A stretch of DNA of 64,000 nt from assembly GCF_009914755.1 (NCBI RefSeq), contig NC_060941.1. The stretch is one strand, 5' to 3'. Positions within the stretch are counted from its first letter, which is position 1; every line of letters starts with the position of its first letter. Origin of the DNA: the human T2T-CHM13v2.0 reference genome, Homo sapiens. Positions 1 through 13,503 of the stretch are shown here, one piece after another. A program made the position numbers and the translations under genes. The notes beneath the pieces were generated by a model, which had not been told where the DNA came from, searched no databases, and worked only from the letters and a program-made list of their open reading frames with translations.

Positions 1-958
1 GAGGAACACCTCTTCCCGGCCGCCCATCGTCTGAGATGTGGGGAGCGCCTCTGCCCCGCCGCCCCATCTGGGATGTGAGGAGCGCCTCTGCCCGGCCGAG
101 ACCCCGTCTGGGAGGTGAGGAGCGTCTCTGCCTGGCCGCCCCGTCTGAGAAGTGAGGAGACCCTCTGCCCGGCAACCGCCCCGTCTGAGAAGTGAGGAGC
201 CTCTCCGCCCGGCAGCCACCCCGTCCGGGAGGGAGGTGGGGGCGGTCAGCCCCCGCCAGGCCAGCCGCCCCGTCCAGGAGGGAGGTGGGGGGTCAGCCCC
301 CCGCCCGGCCAGCCGCCCCGTCCGGGAGGTGAGGGGCGCCTCTGCCCAGCCGCCCCTACTGGGAAGTGAGGAGCCCCTCTGCCCGGCCACCACCCCGTCT
401 GGGAGGTGTGCCCAGCAGCTCATTGAGAGCGGGCCAGGATGACAGTGGCGGCTTTGTGGAATGGAGAGGCGGGAGGGGTGGGGAAGGGATTGAGAAATCG
501 GATGGTTGCCGTGTCTGTGTAGAAAGAAGTAGACATGGGAGACTTTTCATTTTGTTCTGTACTAAGAAAACTTCTTCTGCCTTGGGATCCTGTTGATCTG
601 TGACCTTACCCCCAGCCCTGTGCTCTCTGAAACATGTGCTGTGTCCACTCAGGGTTGAATGGATTAAGGGCGGTGCAAGATGTGCTTTGTTAAACAGATG
701 CTTGAAGGCAGCATGCTCGTTAAGAGTCATCACCACTCCCTAATCTCAAGTACCCAGGGACACAAACACTGCCGAAGGCCGGAAGGCCTCAGGGTCCTCT
801 GCCTAGGAAAACCAGAGACCTTTGTTCACTTGTTTATCTGCTGACCTTCCCTCCACTATTGTCCTATGACCCTGCCAAGTCCCCCTCTGTGAGAAACACC
901 CAAGAATTATCAATAAAAAATAAATAAATTAAAAAAAAATAAAAAATAAAAAATAAAA
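1..958 (+). mobile_element. SVA retrotransposon, 3' part (VNTR, SINE-R, poly-A tail); young SVA_E/F-like; antisense to DNAH17
   Basis: GC-rich VNTR units (GGGAGGTGAGGAGCGCCTCTGCCCGGCCGCC-like) to about 410, HERV-K-derived SINE-R about 410-915, AATAAA at about 912, A-rich tail. The 5' end is outside the window. Subfamily is from remembered diagnostic bases. Confidence 0.93.
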
Positions 959-1133
959 CCTCACTTATCTTGATGCCTGAGTTTCTGGCAGCCTCTTAAA
1001 CGTTGAGCCCAAGGCGGACGCCTCACTTGGCTCACCCTAATCCCAGCGCCCTTTTCTCCCAGGGAGCCAGCCCTTGGGCCTGTCCTTGTCCTCTGGGCTC
1101 TACACTCAGGCAGAGGTGGCCTCAGTGACTCAC

Positions 1134-1295
1134 CGGAATCCCCTCAGTCTCCTCCAGGAAGCGGGCACTGACGGACACCAGCGCATCTTCCGGCCACTCG
1201 TGGAACCAGTCGATGGCCGTGCAGTTGACCACAGCTGGGAACTTTCTGGCTCGTACCCGCAGCACGGAGCCCACAGGGGAGAAACACAGGATCAC
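1134..1295 (-). CDS. DNAH17: DNAH17 exon (VILCFSPVG...[17 protein letters not shown]...EGIP), end of AAA4
   Basis: Read manually; acccag acceptor, CCG|gtgagt donor, 162 nt. Confidence 0.93.
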
Positions 1296-2238
1296 CTGGG
1301 TGTGGGAGACACAGATGCGCTGCCTACTGGGACTGCAGTGCTGGGGCCTAATCCATCACTCTGCAGAAAGCTCTGCCAGAAAGCAACGCGCCCTGCCGGG
1401 CTCAGCCGCCCAGGGCCTGGGCAGCACAGTCCTGGTTCTGGGTTTGAAGGGCGGCCGCTGCATTGCCGTGGATAAATGCTCATCTGGCTTCATGCCTCTC
1501 GCTAGCAGTCCCAATCCCTCTGGAAGGGGCCCTTGCCTCTCTAAAAAAGGCCGGGCAAAGGAAGGAATGGGGAGTGGGCATCCACATTGGGCAGATGAGG
1601 CCCCAGAACGGGCCGGGCTCCCAAGCCCTTCGGTTCAGCAGGAAGGGTCCCCGCTGGGCCCTGAGGGATAGTGGCTAATTCCCAGAAAGGGCAGGGAGTC
1701 CCTGGGATCCCAGCTGGAGAAGGTGCTGTGGAGACAGGCCTGGGGGGCTCTCTGGCTAGATAAGGACCTCCCTTGTAATGGGTCTCAGCCTCCCAGCTGC
1801 TCTTGCTCTCTAGTCCCCTTTCGTGGCATAGGTGTTGCACGGACGCTGCCATTGAATGGGGTGGCTCACTGCTTAGCTGACTTTGCACCCCTCACTGCGT
1901 GATGACGTGAGGGTGCAGGACAGAGCCGGCACTGGCAGGGCACCAAAGAGGATCCAGGAGCAGGCAGCACCTATCAGGGGATGCCTTTGGCTCACAGATA
2001 ACATTCACTAATTGGGCTATGCAGCCCGCAGAGGGGAGGGAGGACCCTGCTCTGTTTGAGTCAAGCAGGGGAAAACGATGGCCGGCAGGTGTCCAGGAGA
2101 GCTATGGGATTGGCACCCCGCAAAGGGCAGCACCACTGAACTCTGGAGAGGACGGGGCCAATAGGTCCAAGGGGTTCTCTGTCCTACTAGGGGAGTTTAG
2201 CCTGCTTACCCTAGAGGTGATGTCGAAAATCAAGGTGT

Positions 2239-2528
2239 GGCCAGGCAGCACTTTGGGAGGCCGAGGCAGGTGTATCACCTGAGGTCAGGAGTTCAAGACC
2301 AGCCTGACCACCATGGTGAAATGCTGTCTCTACTAAAAATAAAAAATTTAGCCAGGTGTGGTGGTGGGCACCTGTAATCCCAGCTACTCAGGAAGCTGAG
2401 GCTGGAGAATCATTTTAACCCAGGAGGCAGAGGTTGCAGTGAGCTAAGATCACGCCATTGCACTCCAGCCTGGGCGACAAGTGAAACTCCATCTCAAAAA
2501 AAAAAAAAAAAAAGAGAGAGAGAGAGAG
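2239..2528 (+). mobile_element. Alu with a short deletion near its 5' end, poly-A plus (GA)n tail
   Basis: Alu body; ATCAAGGTG repeated on both flanks. Confidence 0.88.
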
Positions 2529-2582
2529 TATCAAGGTGCATTTATCTACTTAAACTAGCTGTGTGGGGAGGGGGTCCACATA

Positions 2583-2874
2583 GAGTCGGTTGTCTGTCCA
2601 CATCTGTGGATTTAACCAACCATGGACTGAAAATTGTTAAAAAAAAATAATAAAAAATAATACAAATAAAAATATAGTATAACAACTATTTACATAGCAT
2701 TCTACATTATATTAGGTATTATAAGTAATCTAGAGATGATTTAAAGTAGAGGGGAGCATCTTCAAAAATACGACACTGTTTTATATCGGGGCCTTGAGCA
2801 TCCATCCCTCCGTGGATTCTGGTATCCATGGGGGTCCTGGAATCCAACCTCCTCAGATACCAAAGGACGACTGT
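2583..2874. mobile_element. MER2-like TcMar-Tigger DNA transposon fossil
   Basis: TATTAGGTATTATAAGTAATCTAGAGATGATTTAAAGTA core and ...GGACGACTG terminus recalled from MER2. Confidence 0.75.
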
Positions 2875-3094
2875 AAAACATTTCTTTTGGCCCCAAGATA
2901 CCTCTAACGACCCACGTGAAAAAGTCTCCAGGCTCCGGTTCATCAGACAGCCCCACCCCTCACACTCTCCTAACAGGATTTCACATCCCATGAAGGATCA
3001 GTCCTCCTGCTCTATGCAGAGCAAAAACCCATACCCTGTAGGCCACGGGCACCAAGCTGGGCTCTTGAGGCCCTGCCGAAGACGGGAGCCCCAC

Positions 3095-3361
3095 CTTGAG
3101 CTGTCTGCGCACTTTTTCGATGAAGAACTTCCAACATGTTTCCCGAGTGTCATTCATGCCAAGGGACTTGACTTGGGGTCGCATGGAGGAGATGATGTTC
3201 TCCACCTCGTCCTCCATAAACAGCCCAGGGATCTCTCCTGAGGCCAGCAGGTCATTGATCAGCACCAGAAACTGCTCCTCGGCCACCTGGGAGTCTGTCA
3301 TCAGGAACACCAAGGGAACGTTCTTCACGGCAGCCTTTATGTACTGAGCAGCGAGGTCAAT
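3095..3361 (-). CDS. DNAH17: DNAH17 exon (IDLAAQY...[13 protein letters not shown]...VRRQLK)
   Basis: gtccag acceptor, AAG|gtgggg donor, 267 nt. Confidence 0.93.
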
Positions 3362-3414
3362 CTGGACGGAGTGAGGACACGCTTAGGGGCCTTGGTAAAA
3401 AGATGCTCAATTAG

Positions 3415-5230
<1,816 letters not shown>

Positions 5231-6685
5231 TGCAAAAGGAAAGAAAAAAATCTTAAATGGAGACCCTAAAAGAGGCCCTGAATAAATATACTGCAGGCTT
5301 GGACTGGGAGCCTTAACAGGCAACCCCCTTTCAGAGTCATCCACAGCAGGATTTAAGGACAGGGCGAGAAGATGGTTTCATAGGAATTTTGCAAGAATAA
5401 ATGAAAAGTTTTTTTTAAAGCATTTTACAGAGCAGTAGGAATAGCTCGTTATTTTTGAATATGCCATTTCCATGTATATATATGTTCAGAAATGCCTGCC
5501 AGTTTCATCCAAGTAGTGATGTGTATTTCCAGCGTTTTGGCGATTTGCTTATCTATAATATTTAATTTAAAAAACAAGACCTATGGGCTTCTGTACTTAT
5601 TGAAGAGGCTTTAAAAGTGTCCATATAGGCACCCCAGTGGCTGCTCCATCCTTCGGAAGCAAGTCCGACTCCCTGAAATCTCTCTGTTCAGAGAAACCTC
5701 ACCAGGCCTCCTCTTTGGGAGCTGACTGGGGTCAGAAGCCAGCCTCAAATCTCCTATCTCTTGACAAGCTAAGAAAAAGCAAGGGGAAGCTCTGAGCCTG
5801 GAAAAGCAGGTGGGCAGCAGGTGGGCCGCAGGTGGGACTTGAGCCAAGGCTATGTCCTTGGACCCTGCCTCGAGGTAAGGAGCGTAGTGTGAGAGCCAGC
5901 AATGACCTTGAGTCAAAGACGAATCACTCTTCTCATTTCACAGTGTAGCAAGGACATTGGGTGGAGACTGACCATACCAGAAATCTTTTCCTTTTTTGTT
6001 CCTTTTTCTGACTTTACTTTTTTAGAGATAGGGCCTCACTCTGTCGCCCAGGCTGGAGAGCAGTGGCATGATCATAGCTTATTGCAGCCTCGACCTCCTG
6101 GGCTCAAGGGATCCTCCTTGCCTTGGCCTCTCAAAGTGCTAGGATTACAGGCTTGAGCCACCGCTCCCGGCCCGTCTGGCTTTCACAGCCACACTGTCCC
6201 ATATGGAGTGGCCCTTACCCTGCCCACTGTGACCGCTGGGCTGTCCCCACCTCACCTTCCCCGCTCACTCTCTGGCACAGTCCCCTCCACTCCCGTCCTC
6301 TTATGCTGCTGAGGCTGGCCCCCACATCTCTACCCGCATCCTGTCCCTGCACTTCCCAGCCCCATGTGTCCCGCTGTGCGATGGCCGCCTCATCCCCAGG
6401 TATCTCATCTCCTCCAGGCCTGGCCCCAGGGCAGTTCTCCCCCACCCTCCCTCCTATCTTGGTTGAGAGCCCCATGGTGCTACTGAAGCTGGATCTGCCT
6501 GCGTCCCTATCATCACTGTCAGCCAAGGACGGCAATCGTCACCTGTATCTAGGCCCGTCTAGGGACCAGCCATTAATAAGGGGCACAGGCTTCCCTTTCT
6601 TTGGCCAAAACATCAGCAGCAGTGCCTTTCCTTGCCATAGCCAATGCCACTGGCAGTAGACAGGCAGGACAGGGAGCCGAGACTT

Positions 6686-6853
6686 GGGAGTGGGGGTGTG
6701 TGAGACATTAGGGTTATGGAGTAGGGGTGCGAGGGTTAGGGTTAGGGAGTGGGGGTGCGAGGGTTAGGGTTAGGGAGTGGGGGTGCGAGGGTTAGGGTTA
6801 GGGAATGGGGGTGCGAGGATTAGGGTTAGGATTTGGGAGTGGCGGGTGCGAGA
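6686..6853 (+). repeat. 28-bp minisatellite containing (TTAGGG)2
   Basis: Unit GTGCGAGGGTTAGGGTTAGGGAGTGGGG starts at 6727, 6755, 6783 and 6811, with degenerate flanking copies. Confidence 0.92.
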
Positions 6854-7741
6854 CACGCAGCAAGGCCTCCTCCCTGAGAATAACATGAGGCCAAGCCCCC
6901 ACCCCACCCGATGGCTGCTTCTCACCCCTTCCCTCTCATTTGCAGGAAGCTGGCGGGGAGGCGGGGACCTGAGCCGCTGAGACCACGGCCCCTCATTCTG
7001 CTGACAGGCTTTCTTCATGGGGCAGCCCAGCTCTGGCTGCTGACTCAGGCTGGGGTGAAGGTTTCACAGAAATAAAAACTCCCCACCGCCTGGCCCCGGG
7101 GGCTGTGTGTGGGGTGTGGGGAGGGGAGCTGGGGTAGCACCTGAAGGTTTCGGATCCTGGACCCCAGCCGAGTCCCCGAGGTCACGCACGCTGTCTCGGC
7201 AGGCACAGCCCTCGCTGGCCCTGGTTTCCCCTCCCCCTCCGTTCTCCCTTCTCGTCGCACCTGCCCACTTTCAGCCTTTGTGGGGTCACAGAGCTTGTGC
7301 CCCAGCTCCACCCAGGTCACCCTTCAGCAGTTTCTGTGCTTTCAAACTATCCTTCCTGTGTCCTAGAACACTACCACATCCTGCCCGCTCTATCCCCTGA
7401 TCAGACATCTTGATGTAGTCTCGTTTTCTTGGGACCAAGCCCAGGGCTTTTCACACGGCACACTGTCCTCCAGGGTCCACCCTCCACCCCTTTCCTGTGC
7501 ACCCCTAGCCTCCAGCAGGTGCCACAGCTTCCGGGACCTACTTTATAATATTACATAATCACAAACATATATGTTACCCCCATAGGGGTGAGCCTATTAC
7601 TATGGCAGCACCATTAGAACGATAATCATGTCGAATGGCTCAGGAGTCTAGCTCCCCCAATACAATTCAGGAACTTATAGCCCTGTTTACCTCTGCCCTT
7701 AGTTCTGAATCCACAGAAGCGGCTTAAGAAATGACAGTGAT

Positions 7742-8199
<458 letters not shown>

Positions 8200-9140
8200 T
8201 CAGGGAGAAAATCCCCGCAGGGACGCAGAGCAAGGAAACGATGCCGTCATGAACGTAAACCAACGTGATTTAGTTAATAGACTAGAGACTTCAATGGAGA
8301 AAGCTCAGTAAAACCATACGGCTCCAGGTTCAAATGACACTTGAGTGGCCGCAGATACCAATGTGAACTAACTCCATCAGATGCGCTGAGAACCCATGAC
8401 ACACTACCGCTCATGGGTCCAGAGGACAGGGCTGTGTTCAGGAGTGCCCATCTGAGGAGTTCAAAAAAGAGCAGGCCGGCCCCTTTATACATGGAGTAGA
8501 ATCTGCTGGGAAGGCAGAGAACAGCCAGCCAGAAACTGGAGGCTCTCCCAGAGGTTGGCCGTCCCTGGCACAGCCTGCACTGCCCCTCCAGGGTCTCTGC
8601 CTGCAGACACCTCCCACTGCTCCCAGCATCACTGGCTCCAGGTCTGCCTGCTAAAGCCACCAGCCCAGCGACTGTCTGAGGGCCACGTACTGCGGGAGGG
8701 TCCCCTTAGGTTCCCCCTTGGGTCTGGCATCGTCCTGGCCCCACAACAGCGGCCCCAGCACACAGAGAAGGCATGGCCGTGTAGGACGGCCCAATCGATT
8801 TCAGGTCTAATCTCAAGCACGATGATTCCTTCTGAACTAATGGCACGCAGTTGCCTGGGAGAGCAGATTTTCAGGAACAAGAAATCAATAAAAACCCTCA
8901 GCAGTGTGTGTTGGGCATGGGAGACCTTATGTTTAGTCTAATGTTTATTTCATTCATTCCAAAAGCAGCCATTCAGCATCTCAGGCATGCAGTTAGACAC
9001 CCAGTCATGGCTCTGAATTCTGTAGTCTGGAGAGAATAGGTAACAATTTGGAACACTCAGTGACCAAGGGCAGGGATCCAACCTCTCTGCCTCTGTGATC
9101 TGGGTTGATTCTGTGGACTTGTGTCCATCGAGTAGTTGAC

Positions 9141-9596
9141 AGACACACTCTTCACCTCAGTCACACGGACACGCACACTGGCTGGAAGGTTTCACACCCT
9201 TCACCTCAGTCACACTGGCCAGATTTCACACCCTTTACCTCAGTCACGCGGGCTGGAGGGTTTCACACTCTTCACCTCAGTCACCCGGGCACACACACTG
9301 GCCGGAAGGTTTCACTCTCTTCACCTCAGTCATGCGGGCCGGAAGATTTCACACCCTTCACCTCAGTCACATGGGCCGGGAGGTTTCACACGCTTCACCT
9401 CAGTCACACGGGCCGAAAGGTTTCAGACCCTTCACCTCAGTCACATGGGCTGGAAGGTTTCACACGCTTCACCTCAGTCACATGGACATGCACACTGGCT
9501 GGAAGGTTTCAGACCCTTCACCTCAGTCACACGGGCTGGAAGGTTTCACACTCTTCACCTCAGTCACACGGGCACGCACGCTGGCTGGAAGGTTTT
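9141..9596. repeat. VNTR with about 11 units of 37 or 49 bp
   Basis: Core CTTCACCTCAGTCACACGGGCTGGAAGGTTTCACAC, with an optional 12-bp insert. Confidence 0.92.
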
Positions 9597-9756
9597 CTGG
9601 CCTCTGCTTTCTAAGATAAAGACCCTTTGGATAAGGACTATTGGTGATGCTCGGATTCCCTGTACTCGCTGGCTTCATTTTGGAAAAGGGAGTGAAGTTT
9701 TTCTTTACTCCCTGACCCTACCCTGAAAGGCAGCCTATTGAACAGTAAGCTCTCAC

Positions 9757-9948
9757 CTTGAGGTCGGGGATCCCGTAGCCCTTCTTGAGGGTGATCTGAA
9801 ACACGTCAAGCCCGCTGATGTACGCTGCCAGGCGGGAGAGGCTCTGTTTGCCACTGCCGCCCACCCCCACCAGCAGGGCATTCCCCCGGGGAGACTCCAG
9901 GATGCGATTAATCCTGCAGATGTGAGCCACGGCGTCCTCAAACAGCAC
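9757..9948 (-). CDS. DNAH17: DNAH17 exon with AAA4 P-loop GVGGSGKQ
   Basis: ctgcag acceptor, AAG|gtgaga donor, 192 nt. Confidence 0.94.
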
Positions 9949-10147
9949 CTGCAGAAACCGGAGAGATCCCACAACATCTTGTAGCACCTGGAATCACCTC
10001 TGTCACCAGCACGGACTCTGCACATGCTGAGGTGTGCACTGTGTGCCACGCAGCCCCACACAATGCCACTCGGATGTCGATAATGCAACCGGAGAGGGTG
10101 ACCCGGTCCAGGTCCCGTGCCCTTGCTATCAGCTCCAGCCTGCTCAC

Positions 10148-10312
10148 CAAATTCATGACTGCATTAACTTCATTGTAGCTGTCCAGGACGTCCACGAGGA
10201 GCTTGTTCAGAGGAGCCATGTCGGTTACAGGAACATATTTGGGATCGCCAATCCCTTGAGCAAAGTGGCAGAAGATATTTGGCTTGGCAAATAAGAGTTC
10301 ATCACCAAGATC
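10148..10312 (-). CDS. DNAH17: DNAH17 exon (DLGDELLF...YNEVNAVMNL)
   Basis: ttctag acceptor, TTG|gtgagc donor, 165 nt. Confidence 0.92.
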
Positions 10313-10681
10313 CTAGAAAAAGAAAAAAAAAGACGATACTTCCGGTTTTTGCCACCATGACCACACAGATAGTTAACAGCAATTCAGTACTTTGCCAAGG
10401 TGGCCTAGGAGGTCACCACGGGGTCCCAGGCCAAGTCTCCAGGGGCCCAAACCTGCTGCCGTGGGCCCAGCAAACCACTGGGGCAAAATTTCCTAGAGTG
10501 GGAGGGTCTGATCCCCACTGTATCAGAAATGAATTCATAGTCCAAAGAAATGATTCCACCAAGAACACACGGGACACACCAGCGAGGCACACAGAGCCAA
10601 GCAGGGCCTTTCTCCACCCCAAGTGGACAGAGGGAGGTGATCACACCCTGATCTACTGAGCACTCAATTCCTCCTCACTCA

Positions 10682-10925
10682 GACCCACAGCCACGTGCCG
10701 GAGTTATCGCGTGGAACCCTCGGACCCACAGCCACGTGCCAGAGTTATCGCGTGGAACCCTCGGACCCACAGCCAAGTGCCGGAATTATCACGTGGAACC
10801 CTCGGACCCACAGCCACGTGCCGGAGTTATCGCGTGGAACCCTCGGACCCACAGCCACGTGCCGGAGTTATCGCGTGGAACCCTCGGATCCACAGCCACT
10901 TGCTGGAATGATCGCGTGGAACCTA
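10682..10925. repeat. 41-bp CpG-rich VNTR, about 6 units
   Basis: Unit GACCCACAGCCACGTGCCGGAGTTATCGCGTGGAACCCTCG starts at 10682, 10723, 10764, 10805, 10846 and 10887. Confidence 0.95.
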
Positions 10926-11050
10926 ACACGGATCTTCCCACCCCCAACAAAGGGCCCTTCTGAGAGGGCTGCAGTTCTCATTGGCCGCCGACACTCCACC
11001 CTCCTGGAGCCATTCTGGGCTCGGCAGAGGGACTGGGCAGCTTGACTTAC

Positions 11051-11212
11051 ATCAAAGAACTTCTTGGTGGAGGCCATGGTGACTCTATGCAATGTTTCCT
11101 GGTCTTTTTCGTCAACCATTTTGTCACCATACACTCGTTCAGTCTCATGTAGCCAAAGGCGGACGAGGTCCAGTGGGGTTTTCAGAACTTCTGCTGTGGA
11201 AAATAAGAGTCC
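11051..11212 (-). CDS. DNAH17: DNAH17 exon (GLLFSTAE...LWLHETERVYGDKM...KKFFD)
   Basis: gggcag acceptor, GAT|gtaagt donor, 162 nt. Confidence 0.92.
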
Positions 11213-11849
11213 CTGCCCCAAACACAGGATGATCAGCACCGTCAGCTGTTACGAAGGCGAGCCCAGAGCTGGACACAGATGACCCTGAGGAGCAGCCCCC
11301 TCCCCCGGGGCGAGGGGACCTGTTCAGCTGTTGGCACAGCATTCACTTGGGGCCAGGGAAGCCACTCATCACGGAGGTCCCAAAAATCCCGGATGCCAGT
11401 GTGTGTGTGTGTCCTGAGAGATGTGGAGTTTTCCTCATAGGACAGGGTTGGGGCCTCATCCTCCAGAAGAGTGAATGGTGGAGGAGGGACAAGGGAGGCT
11501 AATTGCAAAGGAAAGCAGGTGACCGATGCCATAGGGCAGGTCACAAGCTTGGGTACCACAGCAAGCCTATCTGGTCCAGTCCTGGCTTGGCCATTTACTA
11601 AGCAAGTGACTCTAGGCAAGCTCGACAAGAGCTTATTGAGGGCCTGGAATTTCCCAGGCACAGCGATGATGCAACAGAACCTGACGCTGTGGAGTTGACA
11701 TGCTAGCGGGGGAGGTGGCCAGGTACACAAAGAAATAAGGTAATTGCACACTATGGTGTATGCTCTGAATGACAAACCCAGGGCAGTAAGACAGAGTGTG
11801 AGGGCTGAGGAGTGGCCTCTGTGAGAGCATGGCATTTGGGCTGATACTT

Positions 11850-12155
11850 TATTTTTTTTTTTATTGATACTTTTTGATATGTAGTCTCACTCTGTTGCCC
11901 AGGCTGGAGTGCAGTGGCACGATCTCAGCTTACTGCAACCTCTGCCTCCTGGGTTCAAGTGATTCTCACATCAGCCTCCCGAGTAGCTGGGACTACAGAG
12001 GCACACTCCACCATGCCCAGCTAATTTTTGTATTTTTAGTAGACACAGGGTTTCACCATGTTGGCCAGGCTGGTCTCGAACTCCTGACCTCGTGATCTGC
12101 CCGCCTTGGCCTCCCAAAGTGCTGGGATTACAGGCATGAACCACTGCACCCGGCT
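11850..12155 (-). mobile_element. Alu
   Basis: Alu body; GGGCTGATACTTT repeated on both flanks. Confidence 0.88.
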
Positions 12156-12344
12156 GGGCTGATACTTTACGTGGGAGGAGGTGGGCATAACTTAGCCTCC
12201 CTCAGCCACAAACTCCTGCTCAGTAAAATGGGGATATAAGCACCAAACTTATGTGTTGTTGGAGAAGGAGAAAATGGGAATGTAAGGGGCCAAACCCAAT
12301 CTCTGACTCAGAGTAAGCAGTCAGTAAATGAGAGGAAATATTAT

Positions 12345-13408
12345 TACCATCACCACCACCATCGCTATCATCACCACCATCATCATTACCACATCACCAT
12401 CACCACCATCATCACCACCATCACCATTATCATCTCCACCATCACCACCACCATCATCATCACCACCATCACCACCACCATCATCACCATCATCACCATC
12501 ACCACCACCATCACACCACCATCATTACCATTATCATCTCCACCATCACCACCACCATCATCACCATCACCACCACCATCATCATCATCTCCACCATCAC
12601 CACCACGTGGCATCATCACATCACCATCATCACCATTACCACCATAACATCACCATCATCACCATTATCACCATCATATCACCACCACCACCATCATCAC
12701 CACATCACCATCACCACCATCATCACCACCATCACCATTATCATCTCCACCACCATCACCATTATCATCTCCACCACCATCACCACAATCACATCACCAC
12801 CACCACCATTATCACCATCACATCACCCACATCACCATCACCACCACCATCACTGCCACCACTATTATCATCAGCACCACCATCACTACCACTATCACCA
12901 TCATCACCACCATCATTACCAACATTACCATCACCATCACTATTGCCATCATCACCACCATCACTATCACCATCATTATCACCACCATCACCCTCACCAC
13001 CACCATCACTATCATCACCACCATCATGACAATCACCATCATCATGACCATCACCATTACCACCATCACTACCACTGTCACCACCACCGTCATCACCCCC
13101 ATTATTATAATCATTATCACCATTACCATCACCACCATCACTACCATCACTACCACCATCATCACAATTATTACCATCATTACCATCACCACCACTATTG
13201 CCATCATCACCACCATCATCACCATCACCACCATCACTATCATCATCACATCACCATCACTATCATCATAACCATCACTACCACCATCATCACATCACCA
13301 TCATCACGACCATCACCATTACCACCATCACTACCACTGTCACCACCACCATTACCATCACCACCATTATTATCATCATTATCATTACCACCATCACCAC
13401 CATCATCA
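12345..13408. repeat. About 1.06-kb degenerate (CAT/CAC)n trinucleotide array
   Basis: Continuous CAC/CAT/TAC/TAT triplets. Confidence 0.97.
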
Positions 13409-13503
13409 GTCCACACCTCCCTGAGAGCTGTGATGAGGAAAGCACCTGTGGATCAGGCACTGGACCGTAAGGCAGGCATGACATAAAGCTACAAGAGCAG
13501 TAC

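Noticed and set aside
152-736. ORFs in the first 740 bp (e.g. 126 aa at 356-736, minus)
   Set aside because: Standard translations of SVA VNTR/SINE-R sequence, not genes.
6686-6853. Ancestral telomere fusion site
   Set aside because: No long or head-to-head TTAGGG/CCCTAA arrays, and DNAH17 exons continue colinearly on both sides.
10682-10925. Regularly spaced repeats resembling a CRISPR array (also 9141-9596)
   Set aside because: Units are head to tail with no unique spacers, there are no cas genes, and the context is a primate intron.
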